The notes: a model not told the origin generated them from the letters alone. A DNA stretch of 64,000 nt from an uncultured bacterium (GCA_965112635.1 OZ218778.1:128001-192000); one strand, 5' to 3'. Counted from the stretch's first letter, positions 40,573 through 50,351 are shown. Numbers and translations: made by a program.

Positions 40573-40601
40573 ATTATATTATTTAGTAAGCCTTTTGTAA
40601 A
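40573..40601 (-). promoter_or_regulatory. Sigma70 promoter driving the candidate RNA and tRNA-Val
   Basis: TTTACA-N17-TATAAT on the minus strand. Confidence 0.6.
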
Positions 40602-40695
40602 ACCTTCAATTTACTCTCCAAGCCTCTAGCCTGACCAAAGCTAAAAATTGTAACCAATTTGTAACCACCCTACCCAACTTTGCCATCATTAAACG

Positions 40696-40854
40696 AATAA
40701 ACTTCCCCGCCCTAACGCCCTCATGGGCGCGCACCTTGAGGGCGAGGGCGGGTTTTCGTAAGGAGGAGTTATCTTGTTTGTTCCTCCTCCGCTGCGCTCC
40801 GGGCTGCCGTTCATCCCCGGCCTAAAGGCCGGGGTTTTCTCGGCAGTAGTCATA
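40696..40854 (+). mobile_element. Non-autonomous IS200/IS605-type mini-element (copy 2)
   Basis: AATAAACT + extended hairpin, shared linker, CTGCCGTTCATCCCCGGCCTAAAGGCCGGGGTTTTCTCGGCAGTAGT; homologous to 32288-32420. Confidence 0.7.
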
Positions 40855-40975
40855 AACAGGCTCCTGGGGAACATCTTTTGACTTCATCCGGAAACGACCT
40901 GAATGCCAAGGTCAGATGGTCATTCAACCCCAGGCTTTGCTGGTTAGCTTTTCTTGGCGGGACTAAAGAAGACCG

Positions 40976-41914
40976 TTAAAAAAGATAACTGACGCTCACT
41001 CGGTTGGAAGTCCCCAGGTCTCCGTAGGGCAGGTAGGCATAGTCCACCACGAAATCCTGGACGGTGAAACCGACCCCCGCGCTCAACCCCGTAAGGCCTT
41101 CCAATTGCATATCGCTCAGGTTGAGCTGGTAACCCGCCCGCAACGCAACCACCGAATACATCACATCCTCCGCGGCCAGTTGGATCTGGTTCACGCTGTT
41201 GGTTCCCACTTGCGCGCCCAGCGCCACGATCACCCTGCTCTGCTTGGCCAGCCTGACGTGGTAGGACCCGCCCACATTGAGCGCTCCGTCCAGCTGGTTC
41301 CCGTTGACCGCGGTCCCCAGATTGTTGTAACTGAGCCCCAGCCTGAAATTCTTGCCTATTTGCTTCATCAGCCCGAGTTCGCCGCTAAAAACCGAGACCG
41401 CCTGGCTGGACAGGGTCATCTGGGAGTATTTCAAGGTCAACCCGGCGAAATACTGGTCCATGAGCTCCGAACCCCAGCCCAGGGCCCCAGCGATGTTATT
41501 CCCCGTATAGCTCGAAGTCTGGGCACCCGTGCTGTCCCTGCCCTCAAAACTGCCATAATTCACGAAATCAACGGCTACGCCCAGGGTTCCGTATTCCATG
41601 GGCAGGCTCATGACCGCTGTCTCTTCCGTGATATCCGTGAGCCAACTGTTATGGTGAAAGGCGATCTCCCCGTCCTCCTGGAAGCCCAATCCGGCCGGGT
41701 TCCAAAAGACCGCCGAGGAATCGTCCGCCACCCCTACAAAGGCCGAGCCCATCACGTTGGCCCTGGCCGAAGGCCCCAGATTGCTGAGCGGCATCGCGTA
41801 ACCGCCCGAGGTCAACACCTGGGCCTGGCCCCAACCCAGGCTGGGTAGCAATAAACAAACCGCCGTGAGGATGGCCCCATAGGCCGTTTTAAAACCCGAG
41901 TAGTTTTTCATCAT
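40976..41914 (-). CDS. PorV/PorQ-like outer-membrane beta-barrel protein
   Basis: SARANVMGSAFVGVADDSSAVFWNPAGL signature, VDYAYLPYGDLG..RVSVSYLF C-terminus. Confidence 0.85.
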   Translation of the reverse strand: MMKNYSGFKTAYGAILTAVCLLLPSLGWGQAQVLTSGGYAMPLSNLGPSARANVMGSAFVGVADDSSAVFWNPAGLGFQEDGEIAFHHNSWLTDITEETAVMSLPMEYGTLGVAVDFVNYGSFEGRDSTGAQTSSYTGNNIAGALGWGSELMDQYFAGLTLKYSQMTLSSQAVSVFSGELGLMKQIGKNFRLGLSYNNLGTAVNGNQLDGALNVGGSYHVRLAKQSRVIVALGAQVGTNSVNQIQLAAEDVMYSVVALRAGYQLNLSDMQLEGLTGLSAGVGFTVQDFVVDYAYLPYGDLGTSNRVSVSYLF

Positions 41915-43061
41915 TTCAGCACCATGAATTTCTTGGGCCCGATCTTTGTCGTTCCCTGATTTTGGTAGGTAAGGGTCAATATATACATATACACTCCTGT
42001 TGATAGATTTTTAATGTTTAAAACGCTCGTCTGAGGGCCCCCTTGCTTGTCTTCGGTCAAGGTTTCCACCAATTGCGCCGCGTCATTATACACTCTTATC
42101 TTCACGTTGCCAGGCCCTGATAGGGTATAAACGACATTGGCCTTATCGCCCGTCGCCGGGGATGGGTAGATAAAAGTGGCGCCTGCCGCGGCCGGGGTGG
42201 TGACAAAAGTCGGGCTGGCCGTTGTCGTAGGCTGGATCGTGGCGGTTTCGGATGGAGTGGTTGTCGGAGGTAGCGTCATGGTCTGGCTCGGCGTCACGGT
42301 CGAGGTGACCGTGTAAGTACTGGTCATGAGAGGCGTATTGGTGCTGGTCAAGGTCTGCGTCCCCGTAGTGGTCACCGTTCCGGTCAGAGAAGGCGTTAAA
42401 GTCAGGGTGGCTGTGCCTGACGGCGCAGGGGTTGGGGAATCGGTCAAAGTGCTCGTGTCCGTGATCGTGGCTGTGGCCGTCTGGGTCGCGGTAACGGTAA
42501 TGGTAGGGGTCTCCGTGGGCGTGCCGGTGCAGGCATTGCCATTGAGCATCAGGTCGTTGAATAAGAGGCCCACATTGGTCGTATTGCACTGCATGGTGAA
42601 CTTAGCTACATAATGAAAATCGGTCTCGTTGAGGATGCCGCTCTGAAAACCATTGTAACCCGTGGGACTGGGCACGTATTGCAGTTGGATGGTCTCCGCG
42701 GTCCAACTGGTCGGCGCGGTCAGCCAACTGCCATTGGGCAAATTGAAAGTGTCGTTGCCCGCCGAATCTTCAATGCCCACCCGGTACTGCACTCCAGTCA
42801 CCGTGGCGCAAATATAATATGTGACGGAGTCATAACAGCGCCAATCCCAATAAGCCGGGCTCGGGCCGTCGGTAATCTTGACGCATGCTCCATTCGGCGG
42901 CAAAGCCCCAAAATCTACTTCCAAAGAATGGTTAAAGTCATACCGTTCATCCTGTCCAGCATAAAAGATTGCGCGCCGGCTATTGAAGGAAATAACAAGG
43001 AAAAGAAGGAGAGAGCGGGAAAAAGATAAACCAGGAGGGTCCGGAAAGAAAACGTTCTCAT
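41911..43061 (-). pseudogene. Frameshifted secreted protein: signal peptide, CBM-like domain, Thr/Pro linker, T9SS-like C-terminal domain
   Basis: Signal peptide frame (MRTFSF..AGAQ from 43061) stops at 42915; the body continues in another frame (41911-42924); CTD strongly similar to that of the upstream gene. Confidence 0.65.
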
Positions 43062-43108
43062 CAAAAAGTTACCCTTGTCCGATATATGATGACAAAATTG
43101 TTTCCCTG

Positions 43109-45193
43109 TCATTTCAGCACCATAAACTTCTTTGGACCAATCTTGCTGTTACCCTGGCCTTGATAAGTGATATTGATGATATAGAGATAAACCCCGGTCG
43201 CCAAACCCTTGGTGTCGATCAAACTTTCCTGGGGCCCTCCCTGCTTTTCATCCGCAACGGTTTCCACCAATTGCGCTGCGTCATTATACACCCGTATTTT
43301 CACGGTTCCAGGCCCCGTCATAAAATAGGTGATCTCTGCGGTATCTCCCGTGGCCGGGGATGGATAAATAAAGGTATTGCCCGGTGCCGGAGGAGTGGTG
43401 ACAAAGGTCGGGCTGGCCGTGGCGGTCTGGGACGGGGTGGAGGTCGGCGCGGCTGTCGTGGTCTGGCTCGGCGTCACGGTCACGGTGGCCGTTGAGGTGA
43501 TGGTCGCGGTCTGGGTGATGGTGTTCGTCGTGGTGCTCGTGGGGACGGGCGTGCTGGTCCCGGTAAAGGTCGGGGTGGCCGTGGCCGAGGAGGTGCTGGT
43601 CACGGTGACGGTCAAGGAACTGGTCCTGGTCGCGGTCCCAGTCCCCGAAGCGGTCCCGGTCACCGTCACGGTCGCGGTAATCGAAGCCGTGGGGGTGCTG
43701 GTGCTGGTCGCCGTATTGGAAGCCGTTTGGGTGGGCGTGGCCGTGGGTCTGGGCGGGCAGAACTGGATATCATCGATCCATATCGTATAGGGCCCGCCTG
43801 GATTGTTGAAATCAGCTAGAAAAGCCACATCCCCCATAGTATTCAGCTGGGGCATCGGCTCACGGTTGGGATTGAGGTTTGATGGGATATAGACGGTATA
43901 CTGGGTCCAGGTTGTTGCGGCGGAAAATCCGAAATAAGCCCAAGCCTGGTCATCGGCGGGATGGTCCCTGACCTGGAAGATAAAAGGTTCTCCCCCGCTC
44001 TGGCCTTTGGCCCAAAAAGAAACTTGGGTATAACTCGTCCAATCCGTCAGGGAACCCACCGAGACATAGAGGGCCACCCAGCCGCCGCCGGTGTTGTCCC
44101 AGGTAAATTTAATGGAGTCTCCCGAGGGTCCGCCGTGGTTCTGGGTGTTGTCATACATAAAGGAACCCGTAGCCGGCAGCGTGGCTGAAATAAGGGTAGC
44201 GCCTCCGCTGCTGGTAGGGTCTGTGCCGCTGTCGAAATTGGCCATCAAGTCCGGCACGGAACACATCGCCGGAGTGGGCGTGTTGGTCGGCGTGTTGGCG
44301 CACACGCAGGGCCCGGCGCCGGAACTGCTGACCTGGAAATCCGCGACACCGTCCGTACAGGTATATTTGCCCTTGGTGCTGCAGCACCCCGCGCCAAAGA
44401 TAAAATACGAGTTCGCTCCCCAGTTGGCCGAGATCGGCGTATAGGCCTGGGTGTTGACCAAAGTGCCGTTAAGGGTGAGATAGTTGTTGGTCCCGTCCCA
44501 TTGCAAGTTCACATGGAGGACCACCCCATTGCCATAGAGGGCGTCCTCGGTCGTCGCGGGGACCGTATACACGGTGTCCCCCCCGCTGGAATCCGTTTGG
44601 TAGGAAAGGATAAGGCTGGTCCCGGATTCGCCGGCATAAAAATGGAACAGGGGATCGCTGCCGGTGTCGTTGACGTCAAAGACCCAGTCCTGGGTATTGG
44701 CCGCCAGGCGGGTGGCCCAGGATTCGCTGGACCTGAGGTAAAAATCAACCGAGCCTCCGCAGGTGCTGAAATAATTCCCCACGTCCGCTCCGGACCAGAG
44801 GTAGTAACAGGAGTTGGCGCTCTGGCTTCCGCCCGTTCCGAAATACACGCCGTCGAGCAATCCCTGCCCGCCGCCGCTCTCAAACGCATTGCCGTCCACC
44901 GAACTGTAGTTAAGCGTGCCGGCCCCATTGACGACCACGGTCCCGCAGGGACCTTCGTGGGGTTTTATGGGGTTTCCGTTGAGATTGCCCCAAAGATTGG
45001 CGTTCGAGTTGTTCGTGGCATAATTGCCAAAAGGGGTCTCGTTATAGTTGCCCGCGATATAAAGCTGGACGCAGGACTGGGCGAAGGTTGTCTGGGAAAA
45101 ACACAGGATGATCATACTGACTAGAGCCAGCAAGCCACGCTGCAAGACGGTTGATACATTTTTCACAAATCTTTTTCTCCTGACAATAACCAA
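43109..45193 (-). CDS. Secreted multidomain protein (LamG-like and CBM11/CIA30-like domains, Thr/Pro linker, T9SS type A-like sorting domain)
   Basis: Signal peptide; DWTSYTQVSFWAKG..IWIDDI; long (T-x)n linker; FIYPSPA..IRVYN..LATGVYLY..KFMVLK. Confidence 0.8.
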   Translation of the reverse strand: MVIVRRKRFVKNVSTVLQRGLLALVSMIILCFSQTTFAQSCVQLYIAGNYNETPFGNYATNNSNANLWGNLNGNPIKPHEGPCGTVVVNGAGTLNYSSVDGNAFESGGGQGLLDGVYFGTGGSQSANSCYYLWSGADVGNYFSTCGGSVDFYLRSSESWATRLAANTQDWVFDVNDTGSDPLFHFYAGESGTSLILSYQTDSSGGDTVYTVPATTEDALYGNGVVLHVNLQWDGTNNYLTLNGTLVNTQAYTPISANWGANSYFIFGAGCCSTKGKYTCTDGVADFQVSSSGAGPCVCANTPTNTPTPAMCSVPDLMANFDSGTDPTSSGGATLISATLPATGSFMYDNTQNHGGPSGDSIKFTWDNTGGGWVALYVSVGSLTDWTSYTQVSFWAKGQSGGEPFIFQVRDHPADDQAWAYFGFSAATTWTQYTVYIPSNLNPNREPMPQLNTMGDVAFLADFNNPGGPYTIWIDDIQFCPPRPTATPTQTASNTATSTSTPTASITATVTVTGTASGTGTATRTSSLTVTVTSTSSATATPTFTGTSTPVPTSTTTNTITQTATITSTATVTVTPSQTTTAAPTSTPSQTATASPTFVTTPPAPGNTFIYPSPATGDTAEITYFMTGPGTVKIRVYNDAAQLVETVADEKQGGPQESLIDTKGLATGVYLYIINITYQGQGNSKIGPKKFMVLK

Positions 45194-45511
45194 ATAATGT
45201 TTCCTAAAGCCGTTTATATTAACTCTATTCAGCTAGGAAAAAAAGGGGGGAAAGGGTTTATTTCCAACACCCCTGATCAGGGTTAATATCTAAAAAAACA
45301 CTGGTTTTACCTGCTTTTTGACCGCTTTCCTGACCTTATACTATCCCATCGAGCAATTTATCATGCTCTAACTAAAAACACTCATAGTTTGGTCGGGTTG
45401 GAATATGATTTTTTGCTTTTTTACATCCTGCTCTTTACCTTTTCTATATTATAGGAGAACGTCGCATTCAGCACTGCATATCCCATTTTCCCTAACCTAG
45501 CCATCCGCTCA

Positions 45512-45540
45512 TTGACTTCAATTGGCGCAGATATTATTAT
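45512..45540 (+). promoter_or_regulatory. Putative sigma70 promoter of the GH38 gene
   Basis: TTGACT-N17-TATTAT ~35 bp upstream of the start. Confidence 0.5.
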
Positions 45541-45576
45541 CACTATTCAAATCTTCCATCCTCAAAAGGAGCAAAA

Positions 45577-48500
45577 ATGAAAAAACCCACGATATACGTT
45601 GTCGCCACGGCGCACATTGATTCCCAGTGGCTCTGGACCATCCAGCATACGATCCACAACTGCATTCATACGACCCTGCGGCAGAACTTCAGCCTGTTTA
45701 AAAAATATCCTTTCTACAAATTCAACTTTGAGGGTACTTACCACTATATGTTGATGAAAGAATACTTCCCCGAGGATTTCAAGTTGCTGAAAAAATACGT
45801 CAGGCAGGGACGCTGGCTCTTATCCGGGTCCTGGTTCAATGCCACCGACGTCAATGTCCCCACCCCGGAGTCCATTTTCCGGCACGCCCTTTACGGCAAC
45901 GGTTTTTACCGCAAGGAGTTCGGCAAGGTCAGCCGGGACGTGTACCTTCCCGACTGTTTCGGTTTTGGCTACTCCCTGCCTTCCATCGCCAAGCACTCCG
46001 GCCTGGATTCTTTCTCTTCGGCCAAACTGCAGTGGTGTAACACGGCCATCCCCATCCCTTTCGGCGTGGGCCGCTGGGAGGGACCGGACGGCTCTGAGAT
46101 CGTGGCAGGCTTGAAATGCGGCCCCTACTGGAGGTTCATCAGGACCGATATCACCAGGGATCCCCTGTGGACCGGGCCTTTGACCGACGCCGGTGACACC
46201 AAGGTCTGCATCCAGTATGTCGGCACTGGCGACCAGGGCGGCGCTCCGGATGAGGAATCGGTCAAACGACTGGGTAAGTTCATTAAGGACAAGCATAGCC
46301 GGGTCAGGGTCGTCATGGCCTCCAACGACCAGCTGGCCAAGGAATTGACCAAGGAAGAAAGAGCGGCCCTTCCTCGCCATAAAGGCGAGCTCTTGATCAC
46401 GACCCACAGCGTCGGCGGCTACACCAGCCAGTCGGCCATGAAAAAGTGGAACCATATGAACGAGAACCTGGCGGACGCTGCGGAACGGTCCCTGGTGGCC
46501 GCGCAGTGGCTCGGCGGCCTGGACTATCCGGCTGAGTCCGTCAAAAAAGCCTGGCTGCATTTCATGAGCGTCCAGCACCACGACGACCTGCCGGGCACCT
46601 CCATCCCCGAAGCCTACCAGTTCGCCTGGAACGAGGAACTGGTCTCTCTCAACAAGTTCTCCAATCTTCTCGCTACCGGTGTGGGCTCGGTGGCCTGCTC
46701 CCTGGACACCCAGGTCCAAGGCATCCCCGTCCTGGTCTTTAATCCCCTTTCCCATCCGAGGCAGGATACGGTCGAAACGGCCGTCAAATTCAAAGGAAAA
46801 GCCCCCCGCCAGGCCAGGGTGTTTGACCCGGAAACCGGCCAGGAAGTCCCCAGCCAGGTTCTGTCCACGGAACAAGATACGATGAAACTCCTTATCCTGG
46901 CCAGCCTTCCTTCGGTGGGATTTAAGATCTTTGATGTCAGGACCTCGGACAAACCCTGTGCCCTAAAAACCGGGCTCAAGATCAGCGGGAAGACCATGGA
47001 AAACGACCGTTTTACGGTCCGTCTCGACGGAAACGGCAACATCGCCAGCATCGTCCAGAAAAACGACGGCAGGGAATTTTTGAAAGCTCCGGCCACCATC
47101 GAATATTTCGACAACCTTTCCAACTTTTGGCCTGCCTGGGAGATCCTTTACGACGCGGTCAGCCGTCCCAGCCGGACCACCCTGCGTCATCCTAAAATAA
47201 GGGTCGTAGAAAAGGGCCCAGTGAGGGTCAGCCTGGAGGTCGTCCGGTCGGCCGAAGGTTCCACCTTTACCCAACTTATCCGCTTGACCGCCTCCGGCGA
47301 CTGGGTGGAATGCGACACCAGCATCGATTGGAAAACCCCCGATGCTCTGGTCAAGGCCGTGTTCCCCCTGACCGCTTCTAACTCCAAAGCTACCTATGAC
47401 CTGGGCCTCGGGACTATAGAACGGGGCAACAACACACCCAGCCTCTACGAAGTGCCCGCCCAGCAGTGGGCTGACCTGACCGACTCATCGGGCCGGTTCG
47501 GCCTTTCCGTGCTGAGCCGTTATAAATACGGCTGGGACAAGCCCGGCGACAATGTCCTGCGGCTGACCCTCCTTCATACTCCCAGCATTGATGAAAAGAC
47601 CATGAATTTCACCAAACCCCAGACCTCCCTGGACATCGGCAGACATCATTTCAGTTATGCCTTGGCAGGCCACAGCCACAGCTGGGTCAATAGCGAGACA
47701 CCTTTGGTCGCCAGCCGCTTCAACCAGCCTCCCCTCGCTTTCCAGACCGTCAAACATCCCGGGACTTTGGGACGCGTCTGGAGTTTCCTCCAGGTCAGCA
47801 CCAGGCAGGTCGCGGTCAAGGCGGTCAAAAAAGCGGAGGACAGCAGCGAGATCGTCCTGCGGCTCCATGAACTCTACGGCCAGCCGGCCAAGAGGGTTAA
47901 GATCAGCCTGGCCGCTCCCGTGGCCAGCGTCCGGGAGATCAACGCCGCTGAAGAGCCGGTCGCCAACGGTGTCCCTGAAAACGGCTGCCTGGCGTTGGAC
48001 CTCCAAGCTTACCAGCCCCGTTCTTTTGCGCTCAAGCTGGCCTCGCCCAGAACCAAAGCCAAAAAACCGGCCAGCAAGCCTGTGCCCATCCCTCCCCAAT
48101 ACATCGACGCCTGCGTAGCTTCGGATCACAACGCCATTGAACTGGATAACAATTTTGTGGCTGCCGTGGATGAGGAACGCTCCTCTTACCCGGCCGAACA
48201 GCTTCCCCAAGAGCTTGTGGCGGACGGCGTTAGGTTCGTTCTCAAGACGGTCAAAGGGAAAAAGAACTACCGTTCCATCAACTATCACGCCATGGGCTGC
48301 AACGGCCAAACCATCCGCCTGCCCCGGGGCAGGTTCAACCGTCTCTATATCCTGGCCAGCGCTTTCCGCAACGACCAGACCGAAATCTTTAAGATCAAGA
48401 CCAGGAATGGCAAACTGGTCCCCTTTACCCTCACGGTCCAGGAATGGAGCGGCTGGATAGGTCAGTGGCATAGCAGGTTGGTCAACGGCCGGTTGGTCGT

Positions 48501-48789
48501 GAAATTGAACGACAAAGGGATTTTGGAAGGGTTGGATAAGATGGCCCCGGCCTACGTGAAAAAAGACAACATCGCCTGGCTGGGCACCCACATCCACCGT
48601 TTGGAAGAGAACAAATACGTGAGCGTGCCGAGAATCTTCTGTTATCTGTTCAAATACAGGATAGACCTGCCGCCCCAGGCTCAGGCCCTGGTCCTGCCGG
48701 ACAACTACCAGATACGGATCATGGGTCTGACCGTCGCCAAAAATGAAATAGACGGCACGGTCCCCGCCCAGGAACTGTTCGAGCTCTAG
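45577..48789 (+). CDS. Alpha-mannosidase, glycoside hydrolase family 38
   Basis: AHIDSQWLW, LPDCFGF, GTGDQGG, QHHDDLPGTS and EVPAQQWADL motifs. Confidence 0.93.
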   Translation: MKKPTIYVVATAHIDSQWLWTIQHTIHNCIHTTLRQNFSLFKKYPFYKFNFEGTYHYMLMKEYFPEDFKLLKKYVRQGRWLLSGSWFNATDVNVPTPESIFRHALYGNGFYRKEFGKVSRDVYLPDCFGFGYSLPSIAKHSGLDSFSSAKLQWCNTAIPIPFGVGRWEGPDGSEIVAGLKCGPYWRFIRTDITRDPLWTGPLTDAGDTKVCIQYVGTGDQGGAPDEESVKRLGKFIKDKHSRVRVVMASNDQLAKELTKEERAALPRHKGELLITTHSVGGYTSQSAMKKWNHMNENLADAAERSLVAAQWLGGLDYPAESVKKAWLHFMSVQHHDDLPGTSIPEAYQFAWNEELVSLNKFSNLLATGVGSVACSLDTQVQGIPVLVFNPLSHPRQDTVETAVKFKGKAPRQARVFDPETGQEVPSQVLSTEQDTMKLLILASLPSVGFKIFDVRTSDKPCALKTGLKISGKTMENDRFTVRLDGNGNIASIVQKNDGREFLKAPATIEYFDNLSNFWPAWEILYDAVSRPSRTTLRHPKIRVVEKGPVRVSLEVVRSAEGSTFTQLIRLTASGDWVECDTSIDWKTPDALVKAVFPLTASNSKATYDLGLGTIERGNNTPSLYEVPAQQWADLTDSSGRFGLSVLSRYKYGWDKPGDNVLRLTLLHTPSIDEKTMNFTKPQTSLDIGRHHFSYALAGHSHSWVNSETPLVASRFNQPPLAFQTVKHPGTLGRVWSFLQVSTRQVAVKAVKKAEDSSEIVLRLHELYGQPAKRVKISLAAPVASVREINAAEEPVANGVPENGCLALDLQAYQPRSFALKLASPRTKAKKPASKPVPIPPQYIDACVASDHNAIELDNNFVAAVDEERSSYPAEQLPQELVADGVRFVLKTVKGKKNYRSINYHAMGCNGQTIRLPRGRFNRLYILASAFRNDQTEIFKIKTRNGKLVPFTLTVQEWSGWIGQWHSRLVNGRLVVKLNDKGILEGLDKMAPAYVKKDNIAWLGTHIHRLEENKYVSVPRIFCYLFKYRIDLPPQAQALVLPDNYQIRIMGLTVAKNEIDGTVPAQELFEL

Positions 48790-48804
48790 GAGTTCTGTAA
48801 GGGC

Positions 48805-49272
48805 TTAACGGATCTTGGCGCTGGCCACCTGGGTTTTGGACAGGCTGGTTAGCACCCGGCTAAAATGTTCCCGCATATCTTTTAAAGAGCTCAGCCGGAC
48901 AACCTGCATATTAACCTGGTCCAGCCTGACCGTGACGCCCGTCTGTTCCCGGATAATCCTTACAATGGCTGCATCAGGGTCATGTTTTGGGTCAAAGCTG
49001 AACTTATTGAACTCCTGGCCTTCGAGGGAACCCCTCTTGCTCCCTTTGGGCAGATAAATGGTGCCGTTGGTATAGTCCACCGCGAACGCCACGACCCCGG
49101 GAAGGATAAATAACAGCAGGCATACCGCGTCCAAAGCCACGATATTGACATCAAGTTCTCCTGATTTTTGCCCCCTGCGCTCCGGGTACAGCAGGTAGCC
49201 GCATCCCACGAACTGGACAAACACCAGCAAACAAAGCAGGGATGCCGCAACTTTCCCATAGATTGTTTTCAT
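48805..49272 (-). CDS. Conserved hypothetical lipoprotein/membrane protein
   Basis: GCGYLLYPERRGQ..FILPGVVAFAVDYTNGTIYLP; strong RBS. Confidence 0.7.
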   Translation of the reverse strand: MKTIYGKVAASLLCLLVFVQFVGCGYLLYPERRGQKSGELDVNIVALDAVCLLLFILPGVVAFAVDYTNGTIYLPKGSKRGSLEGQEFNKFSFDPKHDPDAAIVRIIREQTGVTVRLDQVNMQVVRLSSLKDMREHFSRVLTSLSKTQVASAKIR

Positions 49273-49316
49273 CTCTCTTTCCTCCTTAAATTTTAATTTT
49301 TATTCATCCAACTTAC

Positions 49317-50351
49317 TTACATCGTCAGGGTGATCTTGCGCAGTCCCCTGGGATGGTCGGGACTCATTCCCTTGGTCAGGGACAGGTAATAGCTGAACAG
49401 CTGGCCGGCCAGGATATAAGTGATGGGCGTGAGCATGGGGTCCATCTTGGGCATCCGTAAGGTCCCGTGGGCCAGCTTGAGTATGCCGGGTTCGCTGGAC
49501 ACGGCAATGATCTCGGCCTCTTTGGCCCTGAGCTTTTTGGCCACATCGAGCATGCTTTTATAGGTCGGGTCAGGCGGAGCGAACAGGATGACCGGGAAGT
49601 TTTTGTCCACGATGGCGATGGGTCCGTGCAAAAAGTCCGTGCCTGACATGGCCTCGGCTCTCAGGTAGCAGGTCTCTTTTAATTTGAGCGCGGTCTCCAG
49701 GGCCGTGGCGTAGTTAAATCCCCTTCCCAGCACCAGGCATTCCCGGATATAGCGGTAGGGTTCCACGGCCGCGCGAAAAACCTCCTTTTGCGACAATATT
49801 TTTCGCATCAGCCCCGGCACTTTGGCCAGCAAGCTGACGACCTCGGTCTTGCCGCCCAGGGAACAGGCCAGGAGATGCAGCAAAGCCAGCTGGGAGGTAT
49901 AAGTCTTGGTGGCCGGTACGGACCGCTCCGGGCCCGCGTTGCAATACAGGGCCGCGTGGGACTGTTTGACGATGCTGGAATTTTCCTGGTTGGTCACGGC
50001 CACGCAATAGGCCCCGAGCTTCTTGGCCTGGCGCATGCCGTCCACGATATCAATGGACTCGCCGGACTGGGAAATGCCTATGACCAGGGCATTGTGCAGG
50101 GAGATGGATTTTTTATACAGGGAAAGAAGCGAAGGGGCGGTCATCCCCACCGGGAACCCGTTGGTGTAGCCGAAAATATATTTGCCAAAAGCGGCCGCGT
50201 TGTCCGAGGTGCCCCTGGCATGGAAAAGCACGAAATCAATGACCCGGCGGTTCAGGTCCTTGCAGATCTTTTCCAAAGCCTTGCGGTTCTTGGCCACGAC
50301 CCGGCTGATGACCTCGGGCTGTTGCTCTATCTCTTGCAGCATGACCGACAT
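49317..50351 (-). CDS. SIS-domain protein (GlmS C-terminal-like; glucosamine-6-phosphate deaminase/isomerase)
   Basis: MLQEIEQQP, ARGTSDNA, ISQSGES, ATKTY, ETALKLKET, HGPIA and PRGLRKIT; no glutaminase domain. Confidence 0.88.
   Translation of the reverse strand: MSVMLQEIEQQPEVISRVVAKNRKALEKICKDLNRRVIDFVLFHARGTSDNAAAFGKYIFGYTNGFPVGMTAPSLLSLYKKSISLHNALVIGISQSGESIDIVDGMRQAKKLGAYCVAVTNQENSSIVKQSHAALYCNAGPERSVPATKTYTSQLALLHLLACSLGGKTEVVSLLAKVPGLMRKILSQKEVFRAAVEPYRYIRECLVLGRGFNYATALETALKLKETCYLRAEAMSGTDFLHGPIAIVDKNFPVILFAPPDPTYKSMLDVAKKLRAKEAEIIAVSSEPGILKLAHGTLRMPKMDPMLTPITYILAGQLFSYYLSLTKGMSPDHPRGLRKITLTM

Noticed and set aside
43400-43750. Repetitive DNA in the secreted protein genes as a VNTR or contingency locus
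   Set aside because: It is a degenerate Thr-x codon pattern of a protein linker, not exact nucleotide tandem repeats.
45236-45256. A7G6 homopolymers upstream of the cargo operon as a phase-variation switch
   Set aside because: The tracts are short and not placed within an identifiable promoter spacer.
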